From positions 270,940,001-271,004,000 of the forward strand of contig OZ024741.1 of the NCBI GenBank assembly GCA_964016885.1: DNA of 64,000 bases, in the 5' to 3' direction. This document shows positions 56,386-64,000 of this stretch, one piece after another. The stretch's first letter is position 1, and the number at the start of each line of letters is the position of its first letter. The position numbers and the translations under genes were made by a program. The notes under the pieces were generated by a model. It was not told the origin of the DNA, did no database searches, and saw only the letters and a program-made list of their open reading frames with translations. Origin of the DNA: Eledone cirrhosa (taxonomy: Eukaryota).

Positions 56386-59300
56386 TTAAATTACACACCT
56401 AACCCTTAAATACTCACCTCAACGAAAAATAACTCTAACCTTACACCCTAAACCTAACCCTTAAATACAACCCCCCACCCAAAATAAACCTAACCTTACA
56501 CCCTAACCCTTAAATACAAAACATATCTCTAACTTTACACCCTAACCCTAACCCTAACCCTAACCCTTAAATACGCACCCCAACAAAAATAACCCTAAGC
56601 TTACACCCTAACACTAAATCTAACGCTAACCCTTAAATACGAACCCCAACCAAAAAATAACTCTAACCTTACACCCTAACCCTAAATCTAACCTTAACCC
56701 TTAAATACAAACCCCAACAAATAATAAATATAACCTTACACCCTAATCCTAACCCTTAGATACAAACCTCAACGAAAAATAACTCTAACCATACACCCTA
56801 ACCCTAACCCTTAAATACAAACACAGCAAAAAATAACTCTAATCTTACACCCTAAACATAACCCTTAAATATAAACCCCAACCAAAAATAACTCTAACCT
56901 TACACCCTAACCCTAACCCTTAAATATAAACCCCAACCAAAAATAACTCTAACCTTACACCCTAACCCTAACCCTTAAATACAAACCCCAACAAAAAATA
57001 ACTCTAACCTTACACCCAAACCCTAACCCTAACCCTTAAATACGAACCCCAACCAAAAATAACTCTAACCTTACACCCTAACCCTAAATCTAACCCTAAC
57101 CCTTAAATACAAACCCCAACAAAAAATAAATATAACCTTACACATTAACCCAAACCCTTAAATACAAACCCCAACCAAAAATAACTCTAACCTTACATCC
57201 TAACCCTAACCCAAACCCTTAAATACAAACCCCAACCAAAAATAACTCTAACCTTACACCCTATCCCTAACCCTAACCCTAACCCTTAAATACAAACCTC
57301 AACAAAAAATAACTCAAACTTTACACCCTAACCCTAACCCTTAAATACAAACCCCAACAAAAAATAACTCTAACCTTACACCCTAACCCTAACCCTTAAA
57401 TACAAATCCCAACAAAACAACTCTAACCTTACACCCTAACCCTAACCCTTAAATACAAACCCCAACAAAAAATAACTCTAACCTTACACCTTAACCCTAA
57501 CCCTTAAATACAAACCCCAACAAAACTAACCCTTAAATACAAACTCCAACCCCAAAAAAACTCTAACCTTACACACTAACTCTAACCCTATCCCTAACCC
57601 TTAAATACAAACCCCAACAAAAAATAACTCTAATCTTACACCCTAAACCTAACACTTAAATACAAACCCCAACAAAAACTCTAACCTTACACCCTAACCC
57701 TAACCCTTAAATACAAACCCCAACAAAAATAACTCTAACCTTACACCCAAAGCCTAACCCTAGCCCTTAAATACAAACCCCAACAAAAAATAAATATAAC
57801 CTTACACACTAACCCTAACCCTTAAATACAAACCCCAACCAAAAATAACTCTAACCTTACATCCTAACCCTAACCCAAACCCTTAAATACAAACCCCAAC
57901 CAAAAATAACTCTAACCTTACACCCTATCCCTAACCCTAACCCTAACCCTTAAATACAAACCCCAACAAGAAATAACTCAAACCTTACACCCTAACCCTA
58001 ACCCTTAAATACAAACCCCAACAAAAAATAACTCTAACCTTACACCCTAACCCTAACCCTTAAATACAAACCCCAACAAAAACAACTCTAACCTTACACC
58101 CTAACCCTAGCCCTTAAATACAAACCCCAACCAAAAATAACTCTAACCTTACACCCTAACCCTAACCCTTAAATACAAACCCCAACATAAAATAAATATA
58201 ACCCCAAACCTAACCCTAACCCTTAAATACAAACCCCAACAAAAAATAACTCTAACCTTACATCCTAACCCTAACCCAAACCATTAAATACAAACCCCAA
58301 CCAAAAATAACTCTAATCTTACACCCTATCCCTAACCCTAACCCTAACCCTTAAATACAAACCCCAACAAAAAATAACTCAAACCTTACACCCTAACCCT
58401 AACCCTTAAATACAAACCCCAGCAAAAACAATTCTAACCTTACACCCTAACCCTAGTCCTTAAATACAAACCCCAACCCAAAATAACTCTAACCTTACAT
58501 CCTAACCCTAACCCAAACCCTTAAATACAAACCCCAACCAAAAATAACTCTAACCTTACACCCTAACCCTAACCCTAACCCTTAAATACAAGCCCCAACA
58601 AATAATAAATATAACCTTACACCCTAACCCTAACCCTTAGATACAAACCTCAACGAAAAATAACTCTAACCATACACTCTAACCCTAACCCTTAAGTACA
58701 AACACAGCAAAAAATAACTCTAATCTTACACCCTAAACCTAACCCTTAAATACAAACCCCAACAAAAACTCTAACCTTACACCCTAACCCTAACCCTTAA
58801 ATACAAACCCCAACAAAAAATAACTCTAACCTTACACCCAAAGCCTAACCCTAGCCCTTAAATACAAACCCCAACAAAAAATAAATATAACCTTACACAC
58901 TAACCCTAACCCTTAAATACAAACCCCAACCAAAAATAACTCTAACCTTACATCCTAACCCTAACCCAAACCCTTAAATACAAACCCCAACCAAAAATAA
59001 CTCTAACCTTACACCCTATCCCTAACCCTAACCCTAACCCTTAAATACAAACCCCAACAAAAATAACTCAAACCTTACACCCTAACCCTAACCCTTAAAT
59101 ACAAACCCCAGCAAAAACAATTCTAACCTTACACCCTAACCCTAGCCCTTAAATACAAACCCCAACGAAAAATAACTCTAACCTTACATCCTAACCCTAA
59201 CCCAAACCCTTAAATACAAACCCAAACCCAAAATAACTCTAACCTTACACCCTAACCCTAACCCTAACCCTTAAATACAAACCCCAACAAATAATAAATA

Positions 59301-60140
59301 TAACCTTACACCCTAACCCTAACCCTTAGATACAGACCTCAACGAAAAATAACTCTAACCATACACCCTAACCCTAACCCTTAAATACAAACACAGCAAA
59401 AAATAACTCTAATCTTACACCCTAAACCGAACCCTTAAATACAAACCCCAACAAAAAATAACTCTAACCTTACACCCTAACCCTAACCCTTAAATACAAA
59501 CCCCAACAAAAACAACTCTAACCTTACACCCTAACCCTAGCCCTTAAATACAAACCCCAACCAAAAATAACGCTAACCTTACACCCTAACCCTAACCCTT
59601 AAATACAAACCCCAACATAAAATAAATATAACCCCAAACCTAACCCTAACCCTTAAATACAAACCCCAACAAAAAATAACTCTAACCTTACATCCTAACC
59701 CTAACAAAAAAATAACTCTAACCTTACATCCTAACCCTAACCCAAACCCTTAAATACAAACCCCAACCAAAAATAACTCTAACCTTACACCCTAACCCTA
59801 AACCTAACCCTAACCCTTAAATACAAACCCCAATAAAATCAACTCTAACCTTACACCCTAACCCTAACCCTTAAATACAAACCCCAACAAAAAAACTCTA
59901 ACCTTACACCCTAACTTTAACCCTTAAATACAAACCCCAATAAAAAATAACTCTAACCTTACACCCTAACCCTAACCCTAACCCTTAAATACAAACCCCA
60001 ACAAAAAATAACTCTAACCTTACACCCTAACCCTAATATTTAAATACAAATCCCAACAAAAACAATTCTAACCTTACACCCTAACCCTAGCCCTTAAATA
60101 CAAACCGCAACAAAAAATAACTCTAATCTTACACTCTAAG
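56386..60140 (+). repeat. Tandem satellite of ~50-62-bp monomers containing telomere-type CCCTAA repeats
   Basis: Monomer CCCTTAAATACAAACCCCAACAAAAAATAACTCTAACCTTACA(CCCTAA)2-4; variant blocks recur. Confidence 0.95.
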
Positions 60141-60529
60141 CATGACCGTAAACATTACCGCTAACTTTAAACCAGGAAACCTAAGCCCGCTCTAAAGCCC
60201 TCCGATGTCCTAGCAATAACCATAACATAACCCCAACCCTAACATCAAACCCTAATCCTAACTCCAACTCAAATAAAAAGGGACATAACTACTAATTAAA
60301 GGATAAAAAACATACAGCGATTACTCTACATTTTTAACACTAATTTCTAACAGCTAACCCATAGATTCAAACTCCAGCAGACACAAACGCTAACCTTAAG
60401 CCCAATGAAGAAGACTAACTTTAAACCAGCAAACCTAAGACCTCCCCCATATATATATAATAACTAAGTATAAGTTATATGTTTACATTACATATAGCCC
60501 AGCCGCTATCCATCATTCCAGGAATTTAC

Positions 60530-60920
60530 AGTAATCGCACGTTGTAAATACGAATCTGTAATTCAGAGTGTGCACTATACGTTAAACTGTGTATAAACGG
60601 CTTAGTGTGGGAACATATATACTGCTCCAAACTGTATCAGTGTCATTACTGCGTCCTATAGGAGCTTTTGGAGTTGGTGTGACAACTGTGCACAGAAGAT
60701 CTGAACATACGCAAACTGTTTGCAAAGTTTGTTCCCAAGGGGATCAGTGAAAACAGAAGGAATGACAGAGATAGGTATCAAAACTGTCCCCTAACCCTCG
60801 CTACAATCCAGACCTTGCTCACTGTGACATTTGATTGTCCCCCAACCTGAATGAGAACATCAGGGGGCAGTTGTTTTGAAGACATTAAGAAGGGGAAGGA
60901 GGCTGTGACAAGCCCTCCAC
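60530..60920 (+). mobile_element. Mariner transposase relic
   Basis: EDLNIRKLFAKFVPK and PRYNPDLAHCDI*LSPNL (the YSPDLAPxD motif). Confidence 0.7.
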
Positions 60921-61119
60921 TATCAACCCGCAAACACAAGACCACGACAAGAAAGGTACACCGGAGCAGGAGGATTCGAAATCCACGAGTCAAAATCAAT
61001 ACGACACCTGAGTATTGACAAGAGCAATGATGCATCGTTTCATGCGCACATCACAAAAATGACGGGAACGTGCAGACAACAGGCAGGTTGGATTCTGAGG
61101 ACATTCAGGACAAGAGACA

Positions 61120-61783
<664 letters not shown>

Positions 61784-61834
61784 CACACACACACACACAT
61801 ATTTATAGGTATATATATATTAGTATTTTTTTTT

Positions 61835-62590
61835 AATTGAGTTTGAATTATTTTCCCACATTTTACGTTAATTATTTTTCCATTTTGACGTTATAGTCAC
61901 TTATATATTATGAAATTCTGTTGGCTTCACGCTCACAATAATTTCTATACTTTCATTTATATTTATACTCGGAATTCTTTCTAGAGTGCTTAAAATTATT
62001 TGTGACTAATCCCGGTCTTTAAAAAAAAAAACCGCGATAATATTGCTATTTTGCTGAACTCCTTACATTTTGTAGAGTTTTTTTCGGAATGTTTTTTGAC
62101 TGCTGTTTCTTGTAAACAGACATTCGTCTCATTCTGACGTCACCAGCCATGTCTCTCCATGTGCGTTTATTTTCATAATTACGCATGACGCGAACTAGAC
62201 TGCTTTTAAATTCCCTTTTTGGCATATTCTAACAGTAGTCTAGGGTGATGGTGTTTGAGCTCTACTGATGAACGACTCCAACCGTGACCATCTCCACTGA
62301 AAGTTTCGTGAAATAGTCTTTTTAAGATTATATGGAACATTTGTAGTTTTTCCAAATTGACGGAAGAGTATTTAAACTTTATTTTATTCAGAGTTAAGGG
62401 TCTATTGATTTTTCCCTAGATTTCACAAAATTCTGTGGATAAATCTATGTCTTGATTTTTTTGAATTGAGTTTCAATTATTTTCCCACATCTTATGTTAA
62501 TTATTTTTCCATTTTGACGTTATAGTCACTTATATATTATGAAATTCTGTTGGCTTCACGCTCACAATAATTTCTATACTTTCATTTATA
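61835..62590 (+). mobile_element. 1.2-unit tandem of the HHR-bearing ~625-bp repeat (retrozyme/pLTR-like)
   Basis: 61835-61962 is repeated at 62463-62590; HHR at 62261-62336. Confidence 0.8.
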
Positions 62591-62605
62591 TATACCCCCC
62601 CCCCC

Positions 62606-62662
<57 letters not shown>

Positions 62663-63101
62663 CTTGATCACCTTGACCGTCCAGTCTGTCGGGCGCCCAT
62701 CGGTGCCGCTGGTCACAGCACGTCGTGCTGTTTTAGACATATATATATATATATATATATATAAGTATGTACACGTACATACATATATGTATACAGACGT
62801 ACAGTAGTATGTATATATATATACATACATGCACACATATATATATGTACGTATGGATTCACCGAACATTTATTATAATGCTCGGTGTGTTTGTAAACAA
62901 ACATCCAGTATTAAGCTGTAGTGTCTAGCAACCATCGTTGCTCGTTTGTTCAACACTGAGAAAGGAACGCTGTACTAGTTTTTTGCTCTACGGTTCTTAT
63001 ATATTTGATATATATTTATCCTTATCGAGCCCTCTTTGGATTTTAGTCTTCAAATTTATTATTATTACTATTATTATTAATATATATATCTATCTATCTA
63101 T

Positions 63102-63285
63102 CTAAGGCGGATAAAATTCCCGAAATCCATGGACGAGTTCTCTCCAGCGGTCTCTGTCCCTCATTATCGCTGCCATGTCCTGCATCTCCAACAGACCAGT
63201 GTCTGTCCTTAGGGCATCAACATATGTTAACCTTGGTCTTCCTCTTCTAGTGTGTCCATGTAAGGGCTCCCAAAGGAGTACTGAG
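63102..63285 (-). mobile_element. RTE/RTE-X LINE 3' end with (TAGA)n tail
   Basis: VLLWEPLHGHTRRGRPRLTYVDAL..DRDRWR. Confidence 0.75.
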
Positions 63286-63325
63286 TGCAATGTCAACTCT
63301 GGATGTATATATATATATTATATAT

Positions 63326-63374
<49 letters not shown>

Positions 63375-63376
63375 AT

Positions 63377-63607
63377 ATGTGAGAAAAACCACAGACCCTC
63401 CATCTCAACTCTACTTTTGAAAAGCAGAAGAACTGCGAAATCGGTAAAGGAACCAAATAAATATATATATTTAAAAAAAAAATAAGACTCCAGTTGCATT
63501 TTCGATTTCATCTTTTTTCTTTATACTTTCACTCGTGTAGAACACCTCGGTTATTTTTCAATTTGTAAAAAAAAAAAAAAAAAAAACTTAAAAAAAAAAC
63601 ACCTCAC

Positions 63608-63614
<7 letters not shown>
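63377..63614 (+). mobile_element. Solo terminal cassette of the 1687-4208 PLE family with HHR (63414-63449)
   Basis: Matches 4003-4208; TTGAAAA gcag-aagaa-ctgc GAAA tcgG TA aag; (TA)n on both sides. Confidence 0.85.
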
Positions 63615-63672
<58 letters not shown>

Positions 63673-63927
63673 TATATATCGCTATTTCAAAGCACCAATT
63701 CTTATATATATATATATATATTATATATATATATATTATATATTATATATATATATATGTATATATGTATGTATATAAGATGGCATATATATATATATAT
63801 GTATGTATATATATATATATTATATATTATATATATATATATATATATATTATATATTATATATATATATATGTATGTATATATATAGGTATATATGTAT
63901 GTATATAAGTATGCATGTATATATATG

Positions 63928-64000
<73 letters not shown>

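Noticed and set aside
56386-60140. CRISPR array or true telomere
   Set aside because: No unique spacers, eukaryotic context, CCCTAA occurs only in short runs within a longer monomer, and ordinary DNA continues on both sides

Overview
AT-rich eukaryotic, repeat-saturated window with no recognisable host gene. An octopod cephalopod origin is inferred from the SINE families, the (TA)n/(CA)n load and the TTAGGG-type repeats. Content: several decayed Penelope-like retroelements (PLEs; RT + GIY-YIG) in inverted or partial-tandem arrangement, a Chapaev3-type DNA transposon with TIRs/TSD, a Tx1/L1-like LINE, Hero-, RTE- and CR1/L2-like fragments, hAT, Tigger and Helitron-like non-autonomous elements, tRNA-derived SINEs, a 200-N gap and a ~3.7-kb CCCTAA-containing satellite. 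The main hidden signal, read by eye on both strands, is about 30 hammerhead-ribozyme (HHR) motifs from about 20 distinct sequence families. They include recurrent non-canonical cores (U3-A8 swap, GCAA, CAGAnGA), covarying stems and large branched stem-II insertions. Most sit in short, often fold-back (palindromic) PLE-terminal cassettes bounded by (TA)n. All folds were paired manually and none was computed or tested; coordinates of decayed repeats are approximate.
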